Source of the DNA: a virus
Virus record (IMG/VR): IMGVR_UViG_3300045988_168552
Length of the DNA stretch: 64,000 nucleotides
Direction: 5' to 3' (one strand)
A model generated the notes under the pieces. The model was not told the origin of the DNA. It was given only the letters and a program-made list of their open reading frames with translations, and searched no databases. Of this stretch, positions 7,843 through 16,335 are shown in pieces (positions within the stretch are counted from its first letter, which is position 1; the number at the start of each line of letters is the position of its first letter). A program made the position numbers and the translations under genes.

Positions 7843-8047
7843 AGTTTACACGCTGTTTGCGGTCTGTGAGGATAGCAGCAGCAATTTTGCCTATGGTTGG
7901 CCGAGGATGATATGCTTCATCTTCCGGGGTCCGAATCCCTGGTGGGCGACAAGAGAAGAAAAGAAGATAAAAAGGTGTTGAGAATTTACTTTGCAAATAA
8001 AACAAACGTTAAAAATGCACCTAAAAGCATAATTAAAGTGCATTTTA

Positions 8048-8079
8048 TTTGGTAGTTTCAGAAATTCTTTGTACCTTTG
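8048..8079 (+). promoter_or_regulatory. Bacteroidota-type promoter (-33 TTTG 8048-8051, -7 TACCTTTG 8072-8079)
   Basis: Consensus match with 20-nt spacing, 88 nt upstream of the ATG at 8167. Confidence 0.6.
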
Positions 8080-8166
8080 CAAACAGAAAAAACAAGAAGA
8101 TAAATAAAAACAATAACCGGCTGTGCCAGATAGCCAAATAAGTCTCAAGGGCATGAGCAGAGAATT

Positions 8167-9543
8167 ATGATTATCACTTTCAAGGAGTTTAAAGACAGAG
8201 TTCGCAAAAACGCTACAGTATGCTTCGGATCATTCAGATTTGAAGAGGCAGACGAGCACAAGGGTCGCGAGGTTAGTATTCATCGCTTCGGTAAGGACGA
8301 ACAGTACCGCTACGGAGATGCTTCTATCTTCTTCGACCTTCCACTCTCAGACAGCTACAAGATGGACGTACACACCGAACATGAGACATCTTTCGGCAGC
8401 AACTTTGTGAAGGAGGATGCGCCTGTAGATTTCAACGCTGATACGTTCTTTATCATCGCTCCAAATTTCCTCGCTGACATCGAGAAGGCTTACAAGCGCA
8501 AGAATGATTATAAGCACTGCTGCATCAATAACCACGTGATTTCTTCCGTTTCCGTGGCCTGCGCTACCTGGATGCGCCTTACCAACTATCTGAAGGGCAA
8601 GAACGAAGTAGAACTGCTGGAAGGTTCTATCATCATCGGCGCGTGCGAGAAGGATGAGATCAAGCGCGCAGCGAAGGTTCATAAGTATATCGTTCTTGCA
8701 GAGAAGGCTTTTAAAAAGTATCTGGAAAAGAAAGGTCTTGCCTACGAAAACGAATATCTGAGTATGCTTGCACGTAAGGCAGCAGAGAAGAAGGAGGAAG
8801 AAAAGGCAGCGAAGAAGGCTGCGAAAGCGAGAGCCAAGGAACAGGCTTATATCAAGGAGCATATCTGTGTATTTGGCAAGGCTGGCGAAAAGGTAGATTT
8901 CAGTGCAGATCAGCTCATCTGCCGCTGTCTGGAACTGGGCAAAAATCACGGAGGTATCGATGCAAAAATCGCCGAGGAAAACGGCGTGGAGTGCTACGAG
9001 TGGAAAGATTATGACGGATATAGCAAAAGATGCAATTTTACCATGGTGCGCCGTTCCTTCACCCTGTATCTGAAGAAGGGATATTATATCCATATCGTAG
9101 GCGGTCTGATTACCTTCGTGCGTGGCGAAATCAAGCGCCATGGCGTGGCTTGTGAGTGGATTGAGCAGGGCAAGGCTATCGCTGATATTAAAACCGTAAA
9201 GGGCTTCCTGGTAAGGGGTGAGCACATCGTTGCTAAGTCATTAAAGGAGGCGCAGCGTATCAGCGCCGAGAAGCGAAACAAGCAGGCTCTTAGTCTGCTG
9301 AATGCCAGAAGCAAGAATCAGCTCATTTACCAGAAGGTAGGAAATCACATGTTCACCTTTGAGGAGTCTTTGGCTTCCGGTAACTGCCGTCCAGGTACTC
9401 AGGGCTTCAAAAATCGCTACGAGGCTGCCATCGGTCACGAGGCCACCGAGATTTCACTTGCCGACCTTCGCAAGTATGGCAAGAAGTTTGGTCTTGAGGA
9501 ATATACCGAGCGTGTTATCCGTTACGTTATGAACAAATTGTAG
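8167..9543 (+). CDS. Hypothetical protein (458 aa) with its own host-type promoter
   Basis: Long ORF with the Lys/Glu-rich central segment AAEKKEEEKAAKKAAKARAKEQ. No family recognised. Confidence 0.65.
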   Translation: MIITFKEFKDRVRKNATVCFGSFRFEEADEHKGREVSIHRFGKDEQYRYGDASIFFDLPLSDSYKMDVHTEHETSFGSNFVKEDAPVDFNADTFFIIAPNFLADIEKAYKRKNDYKHCCINNHVISSVSVACATWMRLTNYLKGKNEVELLEGSIIIGACEKDEIKRAAKVHKYIVLAEKAFKKYLEKKGLAYENEYLSMLARKAAEKKEEEKAAKKAAKARAKEQAYIKEHICVFGKAGEKVDFSADQLICRCLELGKNHGGIDAKIAEENGVECYEWKDYDGYSKRCNFTMVRRSFTLYLKKGYYIHIVGGLITFVRGEIKRHGVACEWIEQGKAIADIKTVKGFLVRGEHIVAKSLKEAQRISAEKRNKQALSLLNARSKNQLIYQKVGNHMFTFEESLASGNCRPGTQGFKNRYEAAIGHEATEISLADLRKYGKKFGLEEYTERVIRYVMNKL

Positions 9544-9567
9544 AATCATATATATTATTTATAGAAT

Positions 9568-9792
9568 ATGGAAAAAATGATATTATCACCCTTGCAGCTA
9601 TCCTCTGTAGCCAAAAGCTACTACGAGGGTAGCATCCCTAAGAACACTTACGGGATGGAGAAGTATGTAGCCACAGACGGCGAGAATGCGATGTTCGTAA
9701 AGTCAGACTATCAGCCGGCACCGGGCGAAGTGGTCTTTTATATCAAGCGCATGAGATCAGAGCTGTATTGTCAGCTTTACAAAGAATCATAA
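9568..9792 (+). CDS. Hypothetical small protein
   Basis: 74-aa ORF with TTATAGAA directly before the ATG (9559-9566). Confidence 0.45.
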   Translation: MEKMILSPLQLSSVAKSYYEGSIPKNTYGMEKYVATDGENAMFVKSDYQPAPGEVVFYIKRMRSELYCQLYKES

Positions 9793-9805
9793 AATACTTG
9801 GAGAT

Positions 9806-10333
9806 ATGGCAAAAAGAGAAATTCCCCTGTTTATTATAGACACGCTACGAAATCACAAGCGTGGTGAGTGTGATTTCCTCGTCTGCACTGACAAGGATTG
9901 CGGTTTTATCGCAAAGGTTGATTACATCGACGAGGAGAAGGAGGAGGTGGGCGATGACTACCGCATCGGCTTCCCTCGCCGTGGGTGTAGCCTGAGAATC
10001 AAGATTCACCAGATGATAGGGCAGCATCCTGATACGGGCAGAATCAGAACCTTGCTGAAGAAGGGTATGGAGTACTTTCTGAAGGCTGTTACCTGCGAGG
10101 TTCACGTGAACAATCCGAGCCGTGAAGAGTGCGCTGACTTCCTGAACACGCTGGTCCGCATGAATAAGCAGTATGTGGATGATGCCGGCTCAGACTATCA
10201 CGCAAGACAGGCCACCATCCACACGATTATGATGCTGGAGGCAACGAGAAAGCTCCTTCTGGAAAAGCCGGAAGGTATCGAGATTGAGAACGGCGGCGAT
10301 AATGATCCGCTCAAAGGTGTAGATTTCAAGTAA
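9806..10333 (+). CDS. Hypothetical protein
   Basis: 175-aa ORF, 13 nt after the preceding stop. Confidence 0.6.
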   Translation: MAKREIPLFIIDTLRNHKRGECDFLVCTDKDCGFIAKVDYIDEEKEEVGDDYRIGFPRRGCSLRIKIHQMIGQHPDTGRIRTLLKKGMEYFLKAVTCEVHVNNPSREECADFLNTLVRMNKQYVDDAGSDYHARQATIHTIMMLEATRKLLLEKPEGIEIENGGDNDPLKGVDFK

Positions 10334-10373
10334 TAATCATTCAGCCCTCGACAGCACGGTGAAGTCATAAGAT

Positions 10374-10697
10374 ATGCTTATTTATAAAGTTGAAGTACAG
10401 GACATGAAAAGCGGTCAGAATTTATTTGGTACTGAATATTTTGGAGCATTTGAACCTCTTTGCGATTACATATTGATACATGATAGTGACTTATCCTGGT
10501 GTCAAGATTGGATGGCTGAGCGATTGGATAAAACCCGTCTTATGGGTCTTTTAAAAAGACACTTAGTTGACTTGGATGAAGGTATGATTTATCTTTATAG
10601 AACGTTTGATGATCTGCTTTCGGAGCTTCTTGGTAGCAAAAAAGATTGTTCTACATGGCGATATGTTATCAGTACGATAAATGTAAAAATGAAGTAA
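10374..10697 (+). CDS. Hypothetical protein (visibly more AT-rich than its neighbours)
   Basis: 107-aa ORF followed by two hairpins. Confidence 0.5.
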   Translation: MLIYKVEVQDMKSGQNLFGTEYFGAFEPLCDYILIHDSDLSWCQDWMAERLDKTRLMGLLKRHLVDLDEGMIYLYRTFDDLLSELLGSKKDCSTWRYVISTINVKMK

Positions 10698-10708
10698 ATC
10701 ACGAAAAA

Positions 10709-10748
10709 GCCCCGACCTAAGCCGGGGCACTGCGAGCCTTCTGGCTCG
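10709..10748 (+). terminator. Double hairpin (GCCCCG..CGGGGC and CGAGCC-TTCT-GGCTCG)
   Basis: Two adjacent inverted repeats 12 nt after the stop of 10374..10697. Confidence 0.5.
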
Positions 10749-11009
10749 AATCTACTATAGTAGAAATTTGGCTCTTTAAGAGCGTTTGAATCCACAGACT
10801 TTTGAAAGTCTGACCGTCAACGGAAGTTTTATTTTTCTTTTTATTCCATAAAGGTTCGATTGAATCAATATCCATAAAGGTACGATTAAAAGCCTTCCGA
10901 AGACGGTGCAAATTTAAAAAATAAAACAATACGGTGTATCATTTCACCCGAATTATTAATATTAATTAAGATATTTCAGCCCTACCGCAGCACGGCGAAG
11001 CGGATTTTT

Positions 11010-11483
11010 ATGGAGGATATTAAGAATCAGGCATCATCTTCAGCCACGAAAGATAGTATCAGCATCGCTCCTCGTGATGTGCTCCAGCGTTACGACTTGC
11101 TGGAGGCTCACCTGGATAAATTGAAGCCTGGCGAGTATTCCGTCTGCATCAATTACAAGAAGAAGGGTGTTGTTGAGCTGCGCAGAAACCCACGTCCTGC
11201 TGATCACCTGAATGTATTGGAGAAGGTGACGAAGGAGGAGAAGGATACAAAGGCTGCCCTGCATCGTTTTGCTGTCGAGGTTCGTAAGGTGTACCAGTCT
11301 GGTATCACTATCATCGGCAAGACTCACGCCCTGAAAAGCTTCGGCAAACGTATCGTAGATGCAGCGCTATGTATCAAGGAAGCCAACAACCAGTTTTATT
11401 CCTGCGCTGCTCCTCGCCAGTATTACGATAAGAATGCGCTGGTATATATGAAGCTGGAGCAGATAGAGGACGAAGATAAATAA
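11010..11483 (+). CDS. Hypothetical protein
   Basis: 157-aa ORF. Confidence 0.6.
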   Translation: MEDIKNQASSSATKDSISIAPRDVLQRYDLLEAHLDKLKPGEYSVCINYKKKGVVELRRNPRPADHLNVLEKVTKEEKDTKAALHRFAVEVRKVYQSGITIIGKTHALKSFGKRIVDAALCIKEANNQFYSCAAPRQYYDKNALVYMKLEQIEDEDK

Positions 11484-11489
11484 AAGTAT

Positions 11490-11520
11490 TTATAGTAACT
11501 ATTAAAATTCACTTGAAGTT
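11490..11520 (+). promoter_or_regulatory. Early-gene 5' box, variant (TTATAGTA)
   Basis: TTATAGTAACTATTAAAATTCACTTGAAGTT, followed directly by the ATG at 11521. Confidence 0.4.
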
Positions 11521-12186
11521 ATGAAGAAAGATAGATTTGTTGTAAAATCCAGCAAGACCGAATCTGTAGTATGGACGGTTGAAGATAATGTGTCGGGCAT
11601 AGGCATCACTTTCGTAGAAGGAGATTTGTTTGATACTTGTAGATATTTTGTTATCGACAAAGCAAAATGCAAGAATAAGGATATTGATGGCATCGTTGCA
11701 AATATCACTAAGTGGATAGGTGAGAATCACCTGGATTTAGCTGTATGTAACGTTTCTGCCCGATTCCGTGCTATTTGGCTGCTGAACGATTCCTACAGCC
11801 TGACAGTCATCACTGAGGCTATTAAGGGTATCTCTCCTAACGATGTGGATATGGCCAAAGCTTCTTATACTCTCTTTAACAAGGTTCACGATTACGTTCT
11901 TACGGGCGATGGCGAAAATGAGTTCTGTTCCGAGCAGGAGATTACCCGACTCCTTGGCGCGGTATCTATGCTATCAGATAAAGAGGCGATGGAGGTGTAT
12001 TGTCTGGCTTCCGTGTTCTGGAATTACAAGGATAAGGCAGAAATAGATATTGGCAATTATGCAGATGATCTTATTTGTTGGCAGGTCTATTTATCCCGAG
12101 AGCAACAAGCCGAGGCGATGGGTAATGATAGCAAGATTATCGAAGCTGAAGGTTTTGAACTCGAAGAAGAGGATAAGGAAAATTAG
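11521..12186 (+). CDS. Hypothetical protein with acidic C-terminus
   Basis: 221-aa ORF ending EAEGFELEEEDKEN. Confidence 0.6.
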   Translation: MKKDRFVVKSSKTESVVWTVEDNVSGIGITFVEGDLFDTCRYFVIDKAKCKNKDIDGIVANITKWIGENHLDLAVCNVSARFRAIWLLNDSYSLTVITEAIKGISPNDVDMAKASYTLFNKVHDYVLTGDGENEFCSEQEITRLLGAVSMLSDKEAMEVYCLASVFWNYKDKAEIDIGNYADDLICWQVYLSREQQAEAMGNDSKIIEAEGFELEEEDKEN

Positions 12187-12265
12187 AACATAAAAAGGCT
12201 TTGGCCAAACTTCTATTTCGGAAAAATAGAACATTTTATAGCAAATTTTTTTATTCACAAAGAAA

Positions 12266-12451
12266 ATGGAGAATACCAAAACATCAAATAAGAAAGGCAG
12301 ACCAGCAGCAGAGGGCAGCGTCCACAAATATGTGGTGCCCGATGACGTTCACGACTGGATCAAGAAGCATGGAGGCAGCAGATATGTTACAGAGACCTTC
12401 CGCGCTATCAAGGCTGCGACCTTACAGGCGCAGAAGAATCCTTCATTATAA
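12266..12451 (+). CDS. Small basic protein, possible ribbon-helix-helix-like DNA binder
   Basis: 61 aa. KKGRPAAEGSVHKYVVPDDVHDWIKKHGG resembles a strand-helix start. Preferred over the overlapping low-quality ORF 12201..12503. Confidence 0.4.
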   Translation: MENTKTSNKKGRPAAEGSVHKYVVPDDVHDWIKKHGGSRYVTETFRAIKAATLQAQKNPSL

Positions 12452-12516
12452 CATCGGTGGAACATCACTGATGCTGCGACAAAAATATAAACTTCAATTT
12501 TAAAATTCTCAAGACT

Positions 12517-12816
12517 ATGAATAAAGAAGAAATCAAAGTGCTTGTTTGTAAGAAGCTCGCAAATGATCTGAATTGGAATGAAATGCAGATTCGCCAGGAA
12601 ACTATTACGGATATTACCAACGCATGCGGTACCCTGCAACCTTGCATCATTGCGATGCAGCCGGTAGTAGATTGGTTTAATTCGCATAAACTCGAAAACA
12701 AGTCGAGGGGAGAACAAGAGCCTTATGTGGGTGTGCTCATCAATCTGATTTGGCTCCTTGCTGCAAACGATATTGCAGGTATGATGCAGAACTGGGTACT
12801 CAGCGATATGGAATAG
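12517..12816 (+). CDS. Hypothetical protein
   Basis: 99-aa ORF with a variant box (ATATAAAC..TTTTAAAAT) at 12485-12516. Confidence 0.5.
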   Translation: MNKEEIKVLVCKKLANDLNWNEMQIRQETITDITNACGTLQPCIIAMQPVVDWFNSHKLENKSRGEQEPYVGVLINLIWLLAANDIAGMMQNWVLSDME

Positions 12817-12854
12817 AAAACATCAATTTTAATACATTTAAAGATTATAGCATT

Positions 12855-12977
12855 ATGAAGAAAGCAATTACTTATTCCCTTGCAGCCCTCGCCTTCGTAG
12901 GTGTAGCAGTGCTGCTCTTCTCTACCATCGGTGTAGCAGTATTCTTCCTGCCACTTCTGGCTGGAGCATTCAAGTAG
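12855..12977 (+). CDS. 40-aa membrane peptide
   Basis: MKKAITYSLAALAFVGVAVLLFSTIGVAVFFLPLLAGAFK. Start chosen at the internal ATG of track ORF 12750..12977, where the AT-rich leader ends. Confidence 0.4.
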   Translation: MKKAITYSLAALAFVGVAVLLFSTIGVAVFFLPLLAGAFK

Positions 12978-12986
12978 AAAAAATAT

Positions 12987-13019
12987 CGTGCGGGATACAA
13001 TATCCCTGCATCCCGCACG
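12987..13019 (+). terminator. Hairpin CGTGCGGGA...TCCCGCACG
   Basis: 9-bp inverted repeat 10 nt after the stop at 12977. Confidence 0.5.
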
Positions 13020-13026
13020 TTATCAA

Positions 13027-13054
13027 TTATAGAAACTTTAAAAACTTAGTAAAT
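13027..13054 (+). promoter_or_regulatory. Early-gene 5' box (TTATAGAA type)
   Basis: TTATAGAAACTTTAAAAACTTAGTAAAT, followed directly by the ATG at 13055. Confidence 0.5.
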
Positions 13055-13318
13055 ATGAAGAATTATATCTGTTATGAAGGACATTGCTTTGGCAGTTTTG
13101 AGGAACTATCTGATTTCGCCAAGAACAATCCAGCCAGCGATGTGCTCGTATGGGACTATCAGGAACGTCAAAACCTGGTAATCGCAAACGGGAAGCTGGT
13201 CCCACGGGGTAAGCAGGGACGTGGCAAATGTACCTATAAGGGTAAGGCCTATGAGGGCGATGTGGAATACATCGACAACAAGCTTTATGTAGGCGGCAGG
13301 TACGTTAAGGATATGTAG
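13055..13318 (+). CDS. Hypothetical protein
   Basis: 87-aa ORF with a long hairpin downstream (about 13335-13368). Confidence 0.5.
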   Translation: MKNYICYEGHCFGSFEELSDFAKNNPASDVLVWDYQERQNLVIANGKLVPRGKQGRGKCTYKGKAYEGDVEYIDNKLYVGGRYVKDM

Positions 13319-13375
13319 AAATTCCTACGTTATGGCATCGGCAAACCTTTACAGAGTTTCGCCGATGCGACAAAA

Positions 13376-13407
13376 TTATAAACTCAAACCTTTTAAATTT
13401 TTGGCTT
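13376..13407 (+). promoter_or_regulatory. Early-gene 5' box, variant (TTATAAAC)
   Basis: TTATAAACTCAAACCTTTTAAATTTTTGGCTT, followed directly by the ATG at 13408. Confidence 0.4.
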
Positions 13408-13677
13408 ATGAAAACTAGAATGTTTTTATTTGCCACCACCTTACTGATGATGGCAGCGAGTGCGGGCTTCGGCTCTTGCGCCCAAAGCGATGGAGTGTTG
13501 AACACCAATGACAGCCAGCAGACTGATAAGCCCTACTCCACCTTCACGGTTCCTGATGTGCAGTTTGAGCGCAATAAGATTACAACGATTAAGGGTCAGT
13601 ACTTCAATCATCAATCGGGCATCTCTATGTCGCTGAATACTGAATGGAGCGAAAAGGGTTTTGATGTTGAGATTTAG
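13408..13677 (+). CDS. Small lipoprotein
   Basis: Signal peptide MKTRMFLFATTLLMMAASAGFGS-C with a lipobox cysteine. Confidence 0.55.
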   Translation: MKTRMFLFATTLLMMAASAGFGSCAQSDGVLNTNDSQQTDKPYSTFTVPDVQFERNKITTIKGQYFNHQSGISMSLNTEWSEKGFDVEI

Positions 13678-13711
13678 TTGATAGTTTATAGGCTATAGGG
13701 AAATTTAAAAA

Positions 13712-14007
13712 GGTACATTCGCACTTTAGTACTTTCGTACTTTGTGATATGTTTGCACTTTTGTACTTTTGTACGTTTACACCTTTATACTTTCGTATAT
13801 TTGTATCTTATGTATCTTAGTACTAACGCACTTTCATACCTCAGCACATTAATACTTTCGTACCTTAGTACAACTACATCTTAGTACTTTGGTACATCTG
13901 TTCTTTAGTACCTTAGTACTTTTACACCTTAGCTCATTCGTTCCTCGGCACTTTAGTTCCTTAGCACTTTCGCACTTCGGTACGTTTGCGCCTTAGTACT
14001 AAAGTAC
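13712..14007. repeat. 8-bp-phased array of G(T/C)AC tetramer boxes with YTTN spacers: centromere-like (parS/parH-type) block 1
   Basis: 37 octamers. From 13816 to 14007, 24 consecutive units keep exact phase (cttaGTAC taacGCAC tttcATAC ... taaaGTAC). Confidence 0.8.
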
Positions 14008-14064
14008 TATTATAGATACTAATAATTAAATATGATTAAAATCTAAAAAATAATAAGGTAATTA

Positions 14065-14096
14065 TTTGTGGGAATGAATATTTTTTAGTACTTTTG
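14065..14096 (+). promoter_or_regulatory. Bacteroidota-type promoter for parA (-33 TTTG 14065-14068, -7 TACTTTTG 14089-14096)
   Basis: Consensus match with 20-nt spacing. The -7 box is itself made of repeat units (gTAC TTTT Gcac). Confidence 0.55.
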
Positions 14097-14275
14097 CACC
14101 GAAGTAGAAAAGTACTTTGGTACATTTAAGGATACCTTCATTCGTCGTTGATGGATTTCCACTTTAACACATTGGCTGATTTCTACTTTAGCACTTTTCT
14201 TCTTTAGTACATTAGTACTTCGGTACGATTGTACTTTTAAACTTTTAAACTTTTAAAGAATAAACTAGAAGTAGA
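14087..14275. repeat. Centromere-like octamer array, block 2
   Basis: ttaGTAC ttttGCAC cgaaGTAG aaaaGTAC tttgGTAC ... tttaGTAC attaGTAC ttcgGTAC gattGTAC ttttAAAC x3, ending 24 nt before the parA ATG. Confidence 0.7.
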
Positions 14276-14298
14276 ACGTTTTTAATACATTACAAGAA

Positions 14299-15207
14299 AT
14301 GGCAGAAATTAGATTGAAAGAAGTTCTCGCCTTCGTGAATCACAAGGGTGGGGTAGGTAAGACAACATCAGTTCAGAGTTTGGCAACTGGCTTGCGCCGT
14401 TATGGCAAGGGCTATTTCGGCAAGGGCGAGGATGGCAAGGAGCGTAAGCCCCGCGTGTTGCTCATCGACTTAGACCCACAGTCAAGTCTCTCCTTCCTTT
14501 TCGGATGGAGTGAAGTGCAGAATCCGGGCAAGCCTACGGTATATGATGCGCTCATCAAGCAGTCACCGCTTACGGTGTACCAGGTGGAAGAAGGCATCCA
14601 TCTTGCACCTGCGTCGGCAAATCTGATAAGCATTGAGCCGTTTCTCAATCAGATGCCGGTACCTCGCAAGGCACTCACAAAACTGCTGGCGAAACCTTTT
14701 GCCGTGATGCAGGACTACAAGTTCACCGACAAGGACGGACAGAAGGTAGAAAATGAGTTTGCCGGCAAGGACGGAATGAAGGTAGAAGAGGTGTTTGACT
14801 ATATCCTGATAGACTGCCCACCAGCTATGTCATTGCTCACCCATAACGCACTCTCTTGCGCCACAAGCGTAGTTATTCCAGTACAGTTGGAAATGCTGGC
14901 CACGAAAGGTATTGCTGAAATCCTGAATGCCATCAAGGAGACGAGAGAAGACTTGAACCCTAACCTGGATATTCGAGGTTTGTTGATGGTGATGAGTAAC
15001 GATCAGACGAAGGCTACCAAGCAGTTCAAGGAGTATCTGGGTGATAAGTTCGACGACTATATGTTTGATGCCTACACCCGCCGAGACACCAAGATGGTGG
15101 AAGCGCAGGCGATGTCGAAGGATATTTTTACCTATGCGCCATACAGCAGGGTAGGCAACGACTATGCAGCCTTCACGAAAGAGATATTGGCAAGTATGCC
15201 TAAATAG
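14299..15207 (+). CDS. parA: ParA/Soj-family partition ATPase
   Basis: Deviant Walker A FVNHKGGVGKTTS near the N-terminus, plus LIDLDPQ and ILIDCPP motifs. Confidence 0.9.
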   Translation: MAEIRLKEVLAFVNHKGGVGKTTSVQSLATGLRRYGKGYFGKGEDGKERKPRVLLIDLDPQSSLSFLFGWSEVQNPGKPTVYDALIKQSPLTVYQVEEGIHLAPASANLISIEPFLNQMPVPRKALTKLLAKPFAVMQDYKFTDKDGQKVENEFAGKDGMKVEEVFDYILIDCPPAMSLLTHNALSCATSVVIPVQLEMLATKGIAEILNAIKETREDLNPNLDIRGLLMVMSNDQTKATKQFKEYLGDKFDDYMFDAYTRRDTKMVEAQAMSKDIFTYAPYSRVGNDYAAFTKEILASMPK

Positions 15208-15233
15208 TGTTTAATATTAAATGTTTAGCGATT

Positions 15234-15707
15234 ATGGCAAGACAAGCACAGAACGGCTTCTCAAAGTTTGATATTACCAAGTCGAAGGCGATGAGGAATA
15301 TTGAAGATATTTACGACTCAGAGTCATCGGCAGCAGAGGAGCCGGAAAAGACTGAGACCCAGACAGTGGATTTGGAATCAACAGAAGAGAATGCTCCGGC
15401 AGCAAAGCAGGAGCCAGCAGAAGAGACACCAGCCGAGAAAAAACCCGCCGAGGAGATAGCCCCCGTTCCCAGCGATTCTATCGCTGGTCCCTCATCATCT
15501 CTCAATAGCGGAATGCCATCTGGCATGAAGCCTTTGAAGGCAGAGAAGGGTGTAAAGATCTCCCTCCCTATGGAGTATTACTTCAAGCTCGTGCAGATAA
15601 AAGTCTGCACGGGCAAGAGCCTTCAGGACTTGGCAGCGCAGGGCGTGATGGAGTTTATCGATCGTTTCAGCCAACCAGACAGTCAGGTAAACGAAAAGTC
15701 AGATTGA
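15234..15707 (+). CDS. Small centromere-binding protein candidate (ParG-like, disordered N-terminus plus RHH-like C-terminus)
   Basis: Lies immediately downstream of parA. PAEE-rich low-complexity N-half. The C-terminus KISLPMEYYFKLVQIKVCTGKSLQDLAAQGVMEFIDRF fits a strand-helix-helix pattern. Start set at the ATG at 15234 rather than the GTG at 15207. Confidence 0.5.
   Translation: MARQAQNGFSKFDITKSKAMRNIEDIYDSESSAAEEPEKTETQTVDLESTEENAPAAKQEPAEETPAEKKPAEEIAPVPSDSIAGPSSSLNSGMPSGMKPLKAEKGVKISLPMEYYFKLVQIKVCTGKSLQDLAAQGVMEFIDRFSQPDSQVNEKSD
15459..15490 (+). repeat. Dispersed hairpin element, copy 1 (inside a CDS, read as APVPSDSIAGP)
   Basis: GCCCCCGTTCCCAGCGATTCTATCGCTGGTCC. Stem CCAGCGA/TCGCTGG, loop TTCTA. 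Confidence 0.9.
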
Positions 15708-15761
15708 GGTAAAATCTTACTAAAGTCTTTTACCTCGATGAGGTACCGAAATAATACCGAA

Positions 15762-15779
15762 GGGTATAGTTTTCGGTAC
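15762..15779 (+). repeat. Iteron (isolated copy)
   Basis: GGGTATAGTTTTCGGTAC. Confidence 0.8.
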
Positions 15780-15964
15780 CAACTCACTACATTTATGGCT
15801 AAGTTTATGTCGTAAAACGTTGATTTATAGCTATTTATGTGCTACGAAATACGTTACACCAATATAATCTTCACTATACCAAAAGGTTAAATAACTGATT
15901 TCCTGATGGTTACGATGAAAACTTAGCCATTTATGTAGTGACTTTCGTACCAAAAGGTACAAAA

Positions 15965-15983
15965 GGGTTATAGTTTTTGGTAC
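15965..15983 (+). repeat. Iteron (isolated, 1-nt longer variant)
   Basis: GGGTTATAGTTTTTGGTAC. Confidence 0.7.
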
Positions 15984-16066
15984 GAACAAGTCACAACATC
16001 TGTGGCCAAGTTTGAGGTAAAATCCTACTAAAGTATTTTACCTTCTTACTAAATCCTTTTACCGAA

Positions 16067-16128
16067 GGGTATAGTTTTCGGTACGTAAGGGTATAGTTTT
16101 CGGTACGTAAGGGTATAGTTCTTGGTAC
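16067..16128 (+). repeat. Three tandem iterons with 22-bp phasing (16067, 16089, 16111)
   Basis: GGGTATAGTT(T/C)T(C/T)GGTAC repeated with GTAA spacers. Confidence 0.9.
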
Positions 16129-16147
16129 GAACTTTCCAAAATCGGAA

Positions 16148-16209
16148 AGGTATAGTTTTCGGTACGTAAGGGTATAGTTTTCGGTACCAAAAGGTATAGT
16201 TCTTGGAAC
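16148..16209 (+). repeat. Three tandem iterons with 22-bp phasing (16148, 16170, 16192)
   Basis: (A/G)GGTATAGTT(T/C)T(C/T)GG(T/A)AC repeated. Confidence 0.9.
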
Positions 16210-16335
16210 CTCGTTTTTCCGAAACCCCTAGTGTTTATCGGCATTTCGGGCGATTTTTAAGTCTCTATACTAATACTGATACTATTTATTATATCTGTAT
16301 ATATAAAAATGAATGAAAATATATAAGTAATAGTT

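Larger units (their letters stand above)
15707..16209. other. Iteron-type replication origin candidate
   Basis: 8 copies of GGGTATAGTTTTCGGTAC-like iterons. The palindromic unit AGGTAAAA..TTTTACCT occurs twice (15707-15735, 16015-16043). Imperfect inverted repeat arms at 15785-15805 and 15920-15940. Sits directly upstream of the rep candidate. Confidence 0.7.

Noticed and set aside
7891-8154. Minus-strand ORF 7891..8154
   Set aside because: It lies in AT-rich promoter DNA that carries a good plus-strand promoter for 8167..9543. The composition is Phe/Cys/Leu-rich, typical of spurious AT-rich frames.
8347-9225. Long antisense ORF 8347..9225 (292 aa)
   Set aside because: It is entirely antisense to the better-supported 8167..9543 ORF, which has a promoter and plausible composition. 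No start context is present.
12201-12503. ORF 12201..12503 (100 aa)
   Set aside because: It has an Arg-rich implausible sequence and overlaps the better 12266..12451 frame, which starts right after an early-type box.
13712-16209. CRISPR interpretation of the repeat-dense regions, and of the dispersed hairpin element
   Set aside because: The 8-bp and 22-bp arrays have no unique spacers. The 30-nt hairpin copies are kilobases apart and not arrayed. No cas genes are present.
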